DNA from: Bdellovibrionota bacterium | Lineage (GTDB): Bacteria > Bdellovibrionota_G > JALEGL01 > DATDPG01 | Length of the DNA stretch: 64,000 nt | Assembly: GCA_963668355.1 (NCBI GenBank) | Contig: OY764265.1 | Span: 384,001-448,000, forward strand | Direction: 5' to 3' | Shown here: positions 1-9,482 of the stretch, piece by piece | Layout: every line of letters starts with the position of its first letter | How positions within the stretch are numbered: position 1 is the stretch's first letter | Notes under the pieces: model-generated | Told to the model about the DNA's origin: nothing | The model's database searches: none | The model's input: only the letters and a program-made list of their open reading frames with translations | Position numbers and translations under genes: made by a program

Positions 1-137
1 CCGGCTTGCGTCGTGTACGCCACATCTACCTCCAGGCCCGCATCCCTCAGTCGCTTAATGGCTTCCGGGGCTCGTCTTCCACAACGGCCGCCTCCCGCCG
101 CAGGATTGACAATGGCAAGGTAGAGTTCGGCGTTCAT
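1..137 (-). CDS. Diacylglycerol/sphingosine kinase family lipid kinase (YegS/DagK-like), 5' part only, runs off the window
   Basis: Not in the ORF track. Manual translation from ATG at 137 gives MNAELYLAIVNPAAGGGRCGRRAPEAIKRLRDAGLEVDVAYTTQAG, containing the IVNPxAGxG motif of DAGK catalytic domains. ATGA overlap with the stop of the upstream ligase. Confidence 0.8.
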   Translation of the reverse strand, partial: MNAELYLAIVNPAAGGGRCGRRAPEAIKRLRDAGLEVDVAYTTQA

Positions 138-1864
138 AAAACCTGAACCCCTTCTTGCTCGGGCCATTTTTCCTCCAACGCCCGAGCCAGTTTTTCTCGT
201 TTCACTTTCATGGAGGCCGTTCTTGGAAAATCTTCCTCCCAAATCAGAAACGAAGACAACCGTTTGAAGTCTGCCAATTTGCGATTGCGATCCCGAGCCA
301 CACTCAAGAGTTCTTCCAAGCGTTCTTTTTCGCGGGTTCGAAGCACAATCAACAACTCATCCCCTTTAAAGTTTTGAGTGGGCCAAACATAATTGCGAGC
401 GAAAACACAAAATTCCTGACAACCGGGGAGATCTTCAAAGGTAATTTCAATATCCTCCGGATAAATGTTCTTTCCGCCTTCTGTGACGATCATGTTTTTA
501 GACCGACCTTTCAAAACGAGGTGTCCAGAGTCTTCCAAAAACCCCAAGTCACCCGTTCTAAGCCAACCGTCCACGAGGGTTTCTTCGCTTAATTCCGGAG
601 ATTTAAAATATCCTTTCATCACCGTAGGACCTTGCACCCAAACCTCTCCGATGCCCTGGTCATTCGGATTCCGAATGTCGATTTTTGTTCCTCGACAAGG
701 TGTCCCAACCGTATCTGCCCGAAAAGGTTTGAGGTCATTGACCGTCACCGCCGTTCCCGACTCGGTCAAGCCATACCCAATCGCTACGGGGATTCCGATG
801 TCATAGAAAAACTGAGCGGTTTTGGGATCAACATAGGCACCTCCGGCAATCACAAGCCGAAGTTTTCCACCCATCCCCTGATGAATCGCGGGGAGCAATC
901 TTCGAGAAATTTTTGGATGGGGCCTTCGCCACGAAACGAATTTATTTAGTCCAATGAGAAGGGATGCCATTGCCTTTTTTACCGGGGGCAATTCATTTAA
1001 ACGCCCTCGAAGCTTGGTTTCGATTGCCTTTAAAAGAAGGGGAACCATCGCCATCGCATTGATTCCATAAGCTTTCATGGTATGGGCCAAAAACTCGGGA
1101 CGTAACGTGCGCTGAAAAACCGTCGTTGCCCCAAAGTACTGCGGATAAATAAAGCCCAACATAAAATCAATCGCGTGGTTGGTGGGAAGAATGGAAAAAA
1201 ATCGATCTCCATCTTCAAACCGATACAAATGCGTAAACTGCTCCGCTTGGCTTAGATAATTGCCATGCGTCAACATGCACCCCTTCGGAATTCCGCCCGT
1301 TCCAGAAGAATACACAATGCAAGCGACATCCTCCCGACCCCGTTCCTGATAGAGAAAGTTCCCAGGAGACACTTCCTCCCACCTCTGGGCAGAGTGAAGT
1401 TGTTCTCGGGGAGGAACTTCCGAAACAAAAACCGTCACATTCTTCAAAGCCGAGAGATCACCCTCTTTTTGCAAACGCATCCAAATCGGCCATTCCGTCA
1501 CCAAGGCCCGAGGCTCAGCATGAGAGATAAGCGCCAACTGTTCGGAAGGGGTCAATTTGTAGTCCAAAGGAACCAGAACCGCGCCCGACCAAAACGCCGC
1601 CGTCGCGGACACATGCCACTTCGCTTGATTGGACATCAGTATGGCACATCGATCTCCCGCCGAAAGGTTAGCCCGTTGAAATCCGGAGGCGATCCGCTCG
1701 GCTTCCTCACGAAGTTTTCCATACGAAAAACGACCGACTTCTTTCTCTCGATTGACTTCGATGATGGCATCTTGATGCGCGTACTCCGCCGTCGAATTTC
1801 GAAAAACCTCACCCAAACAATGGTATGTGGACCACTTTTTCAAGGGACTACTTCCTTCGATCAA
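134..1864 (-). CDS. Long-chain fatty acid--CoA/ACP ligase (AMP-binding, FadD-like)
   Basis: AMP-binding motifs IVYSSGTGGIPKG, GYGLTE, GWLRTGDLG and GRSKNMIVTEGGKNIYPE. Confidence 0.9.
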   Translation of the reverse strand: MIEGSSPLKKWSTYHCLGEVFRNSTAEYAHQDAIIEVNREKEVGRFSYGKLREEAERIASGFQRANLSAGDRCAILMSNQAKWHVSATAAFWSGAVLVPLDYKLTPSEQLALISHAEPRALVTEWPIWMRLQKEGDLSALKNVTVFVSEVPPREQLHSAQRWEEVSPGNFLYQERGREDVACIVYSSGTGGIPKGCMLTHGNYLSQAEQFTHLYRFEDGDRFFSILPTNHAIDFMLGFIYPQYFGATTVFQRTLRPEFLAHTMKAYGINAMAMVPLLLKAIETKLRGRLNELPPVKKAMASLLIGLNKFVSWRRPHPKISRRLLPAIHQGMGGKLRLVIAGGAYVDPKTAQFFYDIGIPVAIGYGLTESGTAVTVNDLKPFRADTVGTPCRGTKIDIRNPNDQGIGEVWVQGPTVMKGYFKSPELSEETLVDGWLRTGDLGFLEDSGHLVLKGRSKNMIVTEGGKNIYPEDIEITFEDLPGCQEFCVFARNYVWPTQNFKGDELLIVLRTREKERLEELLSVARDRNRKLADFKRLSSFLIWEEDFPRTASMKVKREKLARALEEKWPEQEGVQVL

Positions 1865-2081
1865 TTACTTCTGCCAAAGCTGCGAAGGTTTTTACGTCTT
1901 GCAATTCGTAGTCTGGGATTTCGACATCGAACTGTGTTTCGAGTTCACTCAAGAGACTCAATGCTTGAACACTGTTGATCCCGAGTTTCTCAAAAAAGTC
2001 ATCTTCAGGACTAAGAAGCGATTGATCCTTTTCAAATCGCTTGGCAGCCACTTCAATCAATGTTTTTAATGTTTGATTCAT
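1848..2081 (-). CDS. Acyl carrier protein
   Basis: 77 aa acidic protein with LGINSVQALSLLSELETQFDVEIP, matching the ACP phosphopantetheine-site pattern LG.DS...l...lE..F.veI. Confidence 0.88.
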   Translation of the reverse strand: MNQTLKTLIEVAAKRFEKDQSLLSPEDDFFEKLGINSVQALSLLSELETQFDVEIPDYELQDVKTFAALAEVIDRRK

Positions 2082-2090
2082 TTCATATTC

Positions 2091-2867
2091 CTAAGGCAAA
2101 TAGGGTTGTTGACTCTGATCGTTGACAAATTTCTCCAAAGCATCCTTCACAACCGGACGTTGGAACAAACGCAGGGCAATTTCTTTCTCTTCTTCCAATT
2201 CTTTTTTAGGTATGGGCTTGATGAATTTTTTTGCGGCCAGTCGCGCCTCGGATGAAAACTTGCCCACCTGCTCTCCAACTCGCCGAGCAACATTCAACCC
2301 CTCTCCTTCTCGGACCACTTGCGAAACCAGACCCAGCCCCAAAGCTTTTTTGGCATTTATGCTTCTTCCCGTGAGTAATAGATCCCGCACGACCGCATTG
2401 GGCACTTCTCTTTTCAAGCGAGGAATTCCGCCAAAGCACGGGATAATTCCCAGACGCAATTCCGGAAAACAGAATCTTGCCGAGGTTTCTGCAATCAATT
2501 GGTCACACACCAAAGCTAGTTCGAAGCCCCCTCCGAAGCACACACCGTGAATCACACCAATGGTCACCAAGGACATCTCATCCAATTGATTCATGACGTT
2601 GTGAATTCGATCCAAGAAACGCTTGAGTTCCGGTGCATGTTCTTCTTGAGGACGACTAACCAACCCCTCATGCAACTCTCGAAGATTCGCCCCCGCACAA
2701 AACCCGGCCTCCGTCGAACTATGAAGAATCAACGCATGGGCGGATGCCATATCGATCTCGCTCAACATCCGCTCAAATGCCGATAGCATTTCGGTTCCAA
2801 TTTCATTGCAGGGGGGCTGAGACAGCTCGACTTCAATCACACCTTGCGTTTGGCTCCATTTCATCAT
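2091..2867 (-). CDS. Enoyl-CoA hydratase/isomerase (crotonase family)
   Basis: FCAGANL oxyanion loop, GGGFELALVCD and FPELRLGIIP (both catalytic Glu present). Confidence 0.9.
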   Translation of the reverse strand: MMKWSQTQGVIEVELSQPPCNEIGTEMLSAFERMLSEIDMASAHALILHSSTEAGFCAGANLRELHEGLVSRPQEEHAPELKRFLDRIHNVMNQLDEMSLVTIGVIHGVCFGGGFELALVCDQLIAETSARFCFPELRLGIIPCFGGIPRLKREVPNAVVRDLLLTGRSINAKKALGLGLVSQVVREGEGLNVARRVGEQVGKFSSEARLAAKKFIKPIPKKELEEEKEIALRLFQRPVVKDALEKFVNDQSQQPYLP

Positions 2868-4507
2868 GAACGTGCATTCCTTTCGTAGGCCTCTCGAAGC
2901 TGCTCCTCAAGATGCTGTTCAATGACTTTACGTTTGAGTTTTTGATTGGCCGTTAAAAGACCATTTTCTACTGAAAACCCCTCCGCATACTGGACCACAC
3001 TTCGGACCCTCTTGTAGTGAGGAACCGTTTCATTCAACTGATCCAAAGCTCGATTTAAATCATGCGATCCTACGTTTCCCGTCACGATGGCACAGAGATG
3101 AGGTCGACCATGTCCAACAATCACCACATGTTCGATATCCTGACATCTTTCCCGAAGTGCTTCTTCTAAAGGTTCCGGCGCAATATTGTGACCTGACTCG
3201 GGAACCAAAATGTTTTTAACCCTTCCCACAATTTTCCAGTTTCCCTGCTGATCGACTTCGGCTTGGTCGCCGGTATAAAACCAGCCCTCTTTCAACACTT
3301 CCGACGTTTCTTCCGGCCGTTTCCAATACCCCGGAAAAATATTTGGCCCACGGCAGATCATTTCACCCTCATCGGTCACTTTGGCCTCGCACCCTTCTAA
3401 GACATGTCCGACCTTCCCAGCCTCTTCTCTTCCGGGATAGTCGATGGTGACGATGGCCGTGGTTTCGGTTAGGCCATACACTTGGAGAATTCGAATTCCA
3501 ATCATATGAAACCAGCGTTGCGTTTCTTCCGCTAAAGCGGCTGAACCACAAATGAGGAATTTTAAATTTCGCCCAATCTTCTTTTTGATGGCGGGAAACA
3601 CAATTTTACGGGCCAGCCAAAGACTCATTCGTTCGGAAAGCGTCAGCGATTGAGTTCGCTTCTTTTCATCGGCAAGGCGTCCACGAACATAGAGATTGTA
3701 AATCACTCCCCCTTTCGTTCGGAGAGCCTCCCCAACCCCGGTCTTAATTCGCTCCAAAATGGCTGGGACGTTCAGATAATATTCGGGATTCGCGGTTTGC
3801 ATTTCCTGAGGAAGATTTTTGAGATCCGTCGAAACCATGAGGGGATTGCCACGAAACAGTTGCGTCCACAAGACAATGCGAGAGCCCGCAAAACACCATG
3901 GCAAAAAGTGAAACACTTCTTGCTCGGCATGAGGATCCTCGAAGGCCAAAGAGAAACGAGAAACCGCTTGCTCCAACATATAGTCCACGTTTCCTCGGTT
4001 AATCATTACACCCTTTGGATTTCCACTGGTTCCCGAAGTGTAAATGATGGTCACGAGGTCTTCTTTTCCAACGGTATGAGGTTCGCCCATATCCACATCA
4101 TGGGCGAACACCTCTTCATACAACGCCACACGACAGGCCTCAGGCCAAACTTTACATAAGTCCTTTTTTAAAGATTCATCGGAGACAATAACCAGACTCG
4201 GCTCACAATCTTGGGCCATGAAGGCCAACTCTTTCGGATCCTGTCGACTATAAAGAGGAACACACACGGCACCATGCATAAGAATCCCCAAATCACATGC
4301 GCTCCAACGAGAACCATTGGGCCCCAAAAGCACCACGCGATCTCCTTCGTGAACCTTAGACGTCTTTAAAAAACCCCGCACCCGACGGGCATCTTTTTGA
4401 AGTTGTTCACAGGTCGTCACGACTTTTTCTTTGCCATGAATTTCGATGAGTGCCGGCTTAGAGTCCCGGATGGTCAGATTGGAGAGAATGGTGCCAATGA
4501 AACTCAT
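2864..4507 (-). CDS. Second long-chain fatty acid--CoA/ACP ligase (AMP-binding)
   Basis: IIYTSGTSGNPKG, VYGLTET, GWFYTGD and C-terminal LLTANQKLKR; ATGA-type overlaps with both neighbours. Confidence 0.9.
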   Translation of the reverse strand: MSFIGTILSNLTIRDSKPALIEIHGKEKVVTTCEQLQKDARRVRGFLKTSKVHEGDRVVLLGPNGSRWSACDLGILMHGAVCVPLYSRQDPKELAFMAQDCEPSLVIVSDESLKKDLCKVWPEACRVALYEEVFAHDVDMGEPHTVGKEDLVTIIYTSGTSGNPKGVMINRGNVDYMLEQAVSRFSLAFEDPHAEQEVFHFLPWCFAGSRIVLWTQLFRGNPLMVSTDLKNLPQEMQTANPEYYLNVPAILERIKTGVGEALRTKGGVIYNLYVRGRLADEKKRTQSLTLSERMSLWLARKIVFPAIKKKIGRNLKFLICGSAALAEETQRWFHMIGIRILQVYGLTETTAIVTIDYPGREEAGKVGHVLEGCEAKVTDEGEMICRGPNIFPGYWKRPEETSEVLKEGWFYTGDQAEVDQQGNWKIVGRVKNILVPESGHNIAPEPLEEALRERCQDIEHVVIVGHGRPHLCAIVTGNVGSHDLNRALDQLNETVPHYKRVRSVVQYAEGFSVENGLLTANQKLKRKVIEQHLEEQLREAYERNARS

Positions 4508-5973
4508 GAATAAACCTCCAATAATTTTTCAACGGGCGTAGACAAAGACGGTAGAAAATGTCTCCACTCTCGCGGTCGCTCTGGAAGAGGAAATTCGGGG
4601 TAAACCCGATGCACTTCATCCGAAAAGGCGATCCCCATCTTCCCCATTTTTACAAGCTCTTTGGGAATGGTTTGGCCGATTTCCTGAACGATTCTCTCTC
4701 TTTCACGAACCAACGTTCGCAACACATCAATCAAGCGATCACCTAAGTCGATGGCATCCACCTGCAACATTAGATCTTCATGACCTCTTTCCGTCATGAG
4801 ATTTCGGATTCGTTCATCCATGGTGACTCCAGCAGAAGCCACCAATCCTGGCATCGATGTCACCAAGGCATGAAAACGTGAACTCACCAGGTAGGTTACA
4901 TTTCGAAGCACGCTCACCATTTCATACATGTCGTAGGTATCACTGATGAATAAGGGGGCCTTCACATCAATTTTTCGAGCCAAATCCTCGCAGGCCTTTC
5001 GATCCAAACGTTCCATACCGATCAAAATCGGAAAAACATTTTCTTCTTTCACAAAAACATTTAGCGCCTTGGCAAAGCCATCAATGTAATCTTCATACTG
5101 CTCCCGAGACTCTTCGGACCAACTGTGAAAGTAGACAGATTTATAATGTGTATCTCGATAACGCCCCAAAAGATGTCGAGCGCCCGTTTTCCAGAGACTC
5201 GGCTTCACGGGCCACCAAAAAGGATTGATGGGCCCCATGGCGAGGATCTTTTGCTTTCCATCCCACCCCGCATCTCTCAAATACTGCGCCCCCCTTTCCA
5301 GTGGACCGGGGTCAAACGTCCAAGCCGTATCCGTACCCGACTCTGTTCGAATGCCGAGTTCGCTCAAAATTTCCCGAGAAGGCTCATTCCGACAGATCAC
5401 AAACGAATCCCGACAATTCTTTTCCACAAATTTTTTCAAAGGAGGATTCATGGCTCCCGCTTCAGCCCCATAGCCTACGCTCAATTTCTTTTCGGCCGCA
5501 GCCATTCCCAAGGCCCCTGCCATAAACGTCGAAAGTGCGTCGGCGAATTTTGACTTGAACATGGAACCTTCACACGCCACAACACCATGATATTTAGGAC
5601 ACTCCTCGAATAAGAATCGGGGAAAAACTTGAGGCGTAAACACCTGCTGGGCGTTTCCAAAGTACCCCCTGGAATTTTTTGGATCCAAGGTGCACATCGT
5701 GAACTCAACCTGTTCACTTCCCAGGACATGGCGAATCTGCCTCACCATTTCCTCAACACGAACATCCGCCCCGGTATTTCGAGTCCCAATATATCCCGCC
5801 ATCAATAGCTTCAAAGAATGTCCAGGACTCCACACTTCTTGTGCTCTTCCCCGAGCAAAACGGGATCCCGTTCGAGACACATACGACCTCATGATGCCCT
5901 GAAGCGCACGATCTGGATTCAGAAAATTCATCAAGCCACCTGACTTTCTTGTTTGGAATTCACTTCCGGCCAA
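4504..5973 (-). CDS. Polysaccharide pyruvyl transferase family protein (CsaB/WcaK-like GT-B fold); true start may be 5931
   Basis: N-terminal GYIGTRNTGAD resembles CsaB GYYGxxNxGD; CRNEPS..L..LGI...GTDTAW and SSRFHALV resemble the vRd..S and RlHa motifs of the family. Confidence 0.65.
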   Translation of the reverse strand: MAGSEFQTRKSGGLMNFLNPDRALQGIMRSYVSRTGSRFARGRAQEVWSPGHSLKLLMAGYIGTRNTGADVRVEEMVRQIRHVLGSEQVEFTMCTLDPKNSRGYFGNAQQVFTPQVFPRFLFEECPKYHGVVACEGSMFKSKFADALSTFMAGALGMAAAEKKLSVGYGAEAGAMNPPLKKFVEKNCRDSFVICRNEPSREILSELGIRTESGTDTAWTFDPGPLERGAQYLRDAGWDGKQKILAMGPINPFWWPVKPSLWKTGARHLLGRYRDTHYKSVYFHSWSEESREQYEDYIDGFAKALNVFVKEENVFPILIGMERLDRKACEDLARKIDVKAPLFISDTYDMYEMVSVLRNVTYLVSSRFHALVTSMPGLVASAGVTMDERIRNLMTERGHEDLMLQVDAIDLGDRLIDVLRTLVRERERIVQEIGQTIPKELVKMGKMGIAFSDEVHRVYPEFPLPERPREWRHFLPSLSTPVEKLLEVYS

Positions 5974-7079
5974 GGCTGATAAGGGAAGTTATATTTACAG
6001 GCCTTGGCGAATCGAAAAAGTTCGTAGGCGTACTCGGTAAACGGAACCGGATGCTCTCCCAATTCCTGTGTGATTCTGGAATTGTCAAACACCGTATTGA
6101 AGGTCAGATAGGGCATGAAGACTTTCATCAAAGAAGCGGGGTACGCCACCCCCAGCTTCTTGGGTGAGTAGGAAAGCGCATTCACGAAATGGGAAACCGG
6201 CTTTTCCAGCCAAGGAATGAACACATGGGGAGTGGCTAAGCCATGTTCCCCCAGCCCTTTCACAATTTGCTCATAGGTCAAAGAGGCAATTCCCGAGGTT
6301 AAATTATAGATATCGTGGTCGGGCTTTCGTTTTTGATGAATGTGAACAATCGCTTTCGCGACAAAGTCCGTGGGGGCAATGTCCACACGCCAAGATTTCC
6401 GAAACGGCAAAACCGGAACACTCGCCAGCATCACAAACGCACGCAACATGTCGAATTGAATGGTTTCCGGAAAGCGGCTATCTCCCAGAACGATACTTGG
6501 ACGAAAAACCGTTCTCTCTACATCCGAAAGAAGTTCCTCAACCATATATTCACAAAACTTTTTCGTTCGCGCATAGGGATCGTAATCGCTTCGACTCCAC
6601 TCCAACATGTCATTTTCAGTCAATGTCTCATTCTTGCGTTTTCCACAAACGGCCACCGTTGAAACATCACTGAAGCGACGAAGGCCATGGTCATCCCTGG
6701 CCGCTTGAGCCAGCTTCAAAACATGCAAAGTCCCTCGTAGGTTCACATTGAAACAGGCTTTGGCAGACTTCCGATTCAATGACGCTGCACAATGAATCAC
6801 AGAATCCATGGTTTTCACCAAACGATGTTTCGCGCTGTCATCCAAGCCTAAACTCTCTCGACTTAGATCTCCCAAATACAAATCCACACGATCATGCGTG
6901 AGCTGAGAAAACTCTTCAAAACCCATATGAAGCTGAAACACCTTCCACAGACGTTTTCTCGCTTCGTCTTCATCTTTTGCCCGAACCAACAACGCCAAAC
7001 GGTCGGAGTGGTTCTTGAGAAGGTCCGCAGCGACATATGAACCAATGCTCCCGGTCGATCCAGTTAAAAAAAGTGCCAT
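5931..7079 (-). CDS. Extended SDR, thioester/fatty acyl reductase-like (male-sterility NAD-binding domain)
   Basis: LFLTGSTGSIG Rossmann motif, HCAAS, VSTVAVCG, catalytic YARTK and RPSIVLGDS. Confidence 0.85.
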   Translation of the reverse strand: MALFLTGSTGSIGSYVAADLLKNHSDRLALLVRAKDEDEARKRLWKVFQLHMGFEEFSQLTHDRVDLYLGDLSRESLGLDDSAKHRLVKTMDSVIHCAASLNRKSAKACFNVNLRGTLHVLKLAQAARDDHGLRRFSDVSTVAVCGKRKNETLTENDMLEWSRSDYDPYARTKKFCEYMVEELLSDVERTVFRPSIVLGDSRFPETIQFDMLRAFVMLASVPVLPFRKSWRVDIAPTDFVAKAIVHIHQKRKPDHDIYNLTSGIASLTYEQIVKGLGEHGLATPHVFIPWLEKPVSHFVNALSYSPKKLGVAYPASLMKVFMPYLTFNTVFDNSRITQELGEHPVPFTEYAYELFRFAKACKYNFPYQPWPEVNSKQESQVA

Positions 7080-8836
7080 TAGGGTGTCGCCTCCTGGGGT
7101 TGAGATTCCATATCCTTCGAGCCAGGCAACGATGGTCCTGCCATGTTTTCCGTTGGACGCGAAAACATTTTTACAGGGTACTTGGGCTCATAAAGTTCCC
7201 TCGGCTTTCCTTCGATGACGGGATAACACCACCTTCGCAAACCCGGCATATGAATATTCAACCAGTACTTTCGCCAAGGAATCTCTTCCGGCGCGAATCG
7301 ATAATGTTCTTCCTTCAAATTCACATTCACCAGAGCGCGTGTGTCGAAAATTCGATGCACATGTAAAATATAGGGATAGAACAATTCCAACACGCCTTCC
7401 ACCTGATCAATGCGACGACCAATACGAACAAGTTTTCCAGACCACGTGGCAAACCACCGAAAAAGAAAAAACTTGGACTTGGGAGAAAAGATTTCCAATT
7501 TTTTGCCCGCCCACGACACGACATTTTTCAACCTTCGAACGGCCAGGGGGTTGGTCACCGGGGAAGGAATCACGTCCCACCGTGAGAGAACCACACGTTC
7601 CAACCAATTGGTTCCATGTTGCCTAAGATGCGTTCGGTGCGAAAGCTGCGTGAGCTCACACACCCTCGCCATCGTAATGGGTTGTCGATCCGACGTACCA
7701 CAATGATAAACCCTTTCCTGTTCTCTCTTGAGTAAGGCCGCACCAACCACAGTCATGGCTCGACAAACGATGTCGACAGGAACAATGTCCAAGGGTTGTT
7801 CTTTTCGGGTCGGCAAATACCGAAACCATGTTCCAGATAAATACGTCAGCGGCCCAGAGGTATTAAACCCTTCGTTCCATCCCGGAAAGGGGAAACTTAC
7901 AGCCGTTTCAATGATGGCGGGACGAAAAATGGAATAGGTGAGATCTGCTCCTCTCCCGACTAGCAACGCCTCTGCCAACGCCTTGGTATACGTGTAGATG
8001 TCGTTGTACCCCCATTTGGCCACACGTCGTTTCCCTTCAGCAATCATGGCTTCTTTGAGCCAACGTTTCCGAATCATTTGCTCCCGCTTCTTAAATGTGG
8101 ATCCTTTCGTCGCTCCCTTGCCTTTTTTCTTGGCTTCCAATTCCGCTTCAACTTTGGCGTTCATTTCCGGAGACTGATGTTCTTTTTCAATCTGGGCCGT
8201 CATGGCCATGACATCTTTGAATTCGTTTTCCCCGTTGAATGGCAACCCTCTGGGAGACACATCCGTTTGAATTTCTTCTGTGATCCTTCCTTTTCGGACC
8301 CCAGAAACATAGGCCGTGCTCACATGTTGAAGCGCCGCATGGTCGCAGCCACGAATGAATTCCAGAACGTTTAACGTTCCCAACACATTGGCCGAAAGGG
8401 AAAAGCGAAGATCTGGATTAAAATCCACCAACCCCGCACTGTTGACAAAAAGGTCGATCTCTTTTTGCACACGGATTCGGTCCTCCGAAGACAGGCCCAA
8501 ATTTTCCTCCGCAATATCGCCTTCCAAAACCTCAATTTTCTGACTCAAGAAGGCAGACAATTCGTTTCCATGTTTTTCGTGAAGCGGAGCAAAAACGGGG
8601 ACGGTGTTCACCATCAACTCAAAACGTTCCTTGGCAGTCCTTTGTCCTTTTCGGCGAAGCAGAACAAAAACCTTTCGAACCTCAGGAAAGTCATGAAGGA
8701 GCATGCTTAGCCAAACCTTCCCCAAGAAGCCGCTAGCTCCGGCCAAAACAATGGTTTTCCCTTTAAAGGTATCCTGAAGACACAATTCACTCATAAGATG
8801 CCTATCTTCCCGCATGAAGTACGGGCCAATGTTCAT
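7079..8836 (-). CDS. Fatty acyl-CoA/ACP reductase (alcohol-forming FAR, male-sterility type)
   Basis: GASGFLGKVW, NSAGLVDFN, HVSTAYVSG, YTYTKALAE, RPAIIE..PFPGWNEG, DIVPVD and a C-terminal W..Y....HMPGLRRW sterile-domain-like segment. Confidence 0.88.
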   Translation of the reverse strand: MNIGPYFMREDRHLMSELCLQDTFKGKTIVLAGASGFLGKVWLSMLLHDFPEVRKVFVLLRRKGQRTAKERFELMVNTVPVFAPLHEKHGNELSAFLSQKIEVLEGDIAEENLGLSSEDRIRVQKEIDLFVNSAGLVDFNPDLRFSLSANVLGTLNVLEFIRGCDHAALQHVSTAYVSGVRKGRITEEIQTDVSPRGLPFNGENEFKDVMAMTAQIEKEHQSPEMNAKVEAELEAKKKGKGATKGSTFKKREQMIRKRWLKEAMIAEGKRRVAKWGYNDIYTYTKALAEALLVGRGADLTYSIFRPAIIETAVSFPFPGWNEGFNTSGPLTYLSGTWFRYLPTRKEQPLDIVPVDIVCRAMTVVGAALLKREQERVYHCGTSDRQPITMARVCELTQLSHRTHLRQHGTNWLERVVLSRWDVIPSPVTNPLAVRRLKNVVSWAGKKLEIFSPKSKFFLFRWFATWSGKLVRIGRRIDQVEGVLELFYPYILHVHRIFDTRALVNVNLKEEHYRFAPEEIPWRKYWLNIHMPGLRRWCYPVIEGKPRELYEPKYPVKMFSRPTENMAGPSLPGSKDMESQPQEATP

Positions 8837-9482
8837 GGCGAGCCAATCGACGCATCAGATGATCTGGATTCACCACACAAGGTTCCTGAACGAGACGGAG
8901 AAGATTCGCATCCGACCCCGAAGACACAAAAGCCTGAGAAGACTCCAAGCCCAAAGAATTTTGAGCCAACAACCCTTTTAACTGGTCCATGGATTGATGA
9001 CCCCCAATTTTGGGAGGAAGCAACCGTCCTGTGGCAAATCGATCGACATATTCCAAACGATTGGCCTGGTAATGATCGACCTTGAGGTACTTGGCCAATC
9101 GCTTCATCAACTCTTCAACCATATCCCCGACCAGAACCACTTTCCTTCCCTGCACTTGAGCCCTTAGTAATAAAGCGATTCCGTCTTCCAACAAGTTCCG
9201 TTTCAGACGCGTTTCAAAATACTCTTCGGCCATAAAGGCAATTCGATCTTTCGACATTCCCTTCAAAGGATAGTACGCCAAGCTGGAAGATCGCTCGCGG
9301 TCGCTTTTTCGAAAGGCTCTGGAAATGGGGGCCGAAAGAGCGACATGGCCCAGACGAAAAACCCTTTCCCCAATGCCCTGAGCATTGGCGGCAAGATAGG
9401 TGGCAAAAGAAAGAGTCCCCCTCTTGAGAAGCACTCCCTCCACACGGAACACAGCAATAGATTTTTGAGTCATTTCAGTCAT
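8802..9482 (-). CDS. HAD-IB (SerB-like) family protein with degenerate catalytic motifs
   Basis: Fold motifs ANRLEY...ATGRL..P and SD..LL..V..P.VVNPD..L.R.A....WPV are present, but motif I reads FRVEGVL instead of FDxDGTL. Confidence 0.75.
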   Translation of the reverse strand: MTEMTQKSIAVFRVEGVLLKRGTLSFATYLAANAQGIGERVFRLGHVALSAPISRAFRKSDRERSSSLAYYPLKGMSKDRIAFMAEEYFETRLKRNLLEDGIALLLRAQVQGRKVVLVGDMVEELMKRLAKYLKVDHYQANRLEYVDRFATGRLLPPKIGGHQSMDQLKGLLAQNSLGLESSQAFVSSGSDANLLRLVQEPCVVNPDHLMRRLARHEHWPVLHAGR

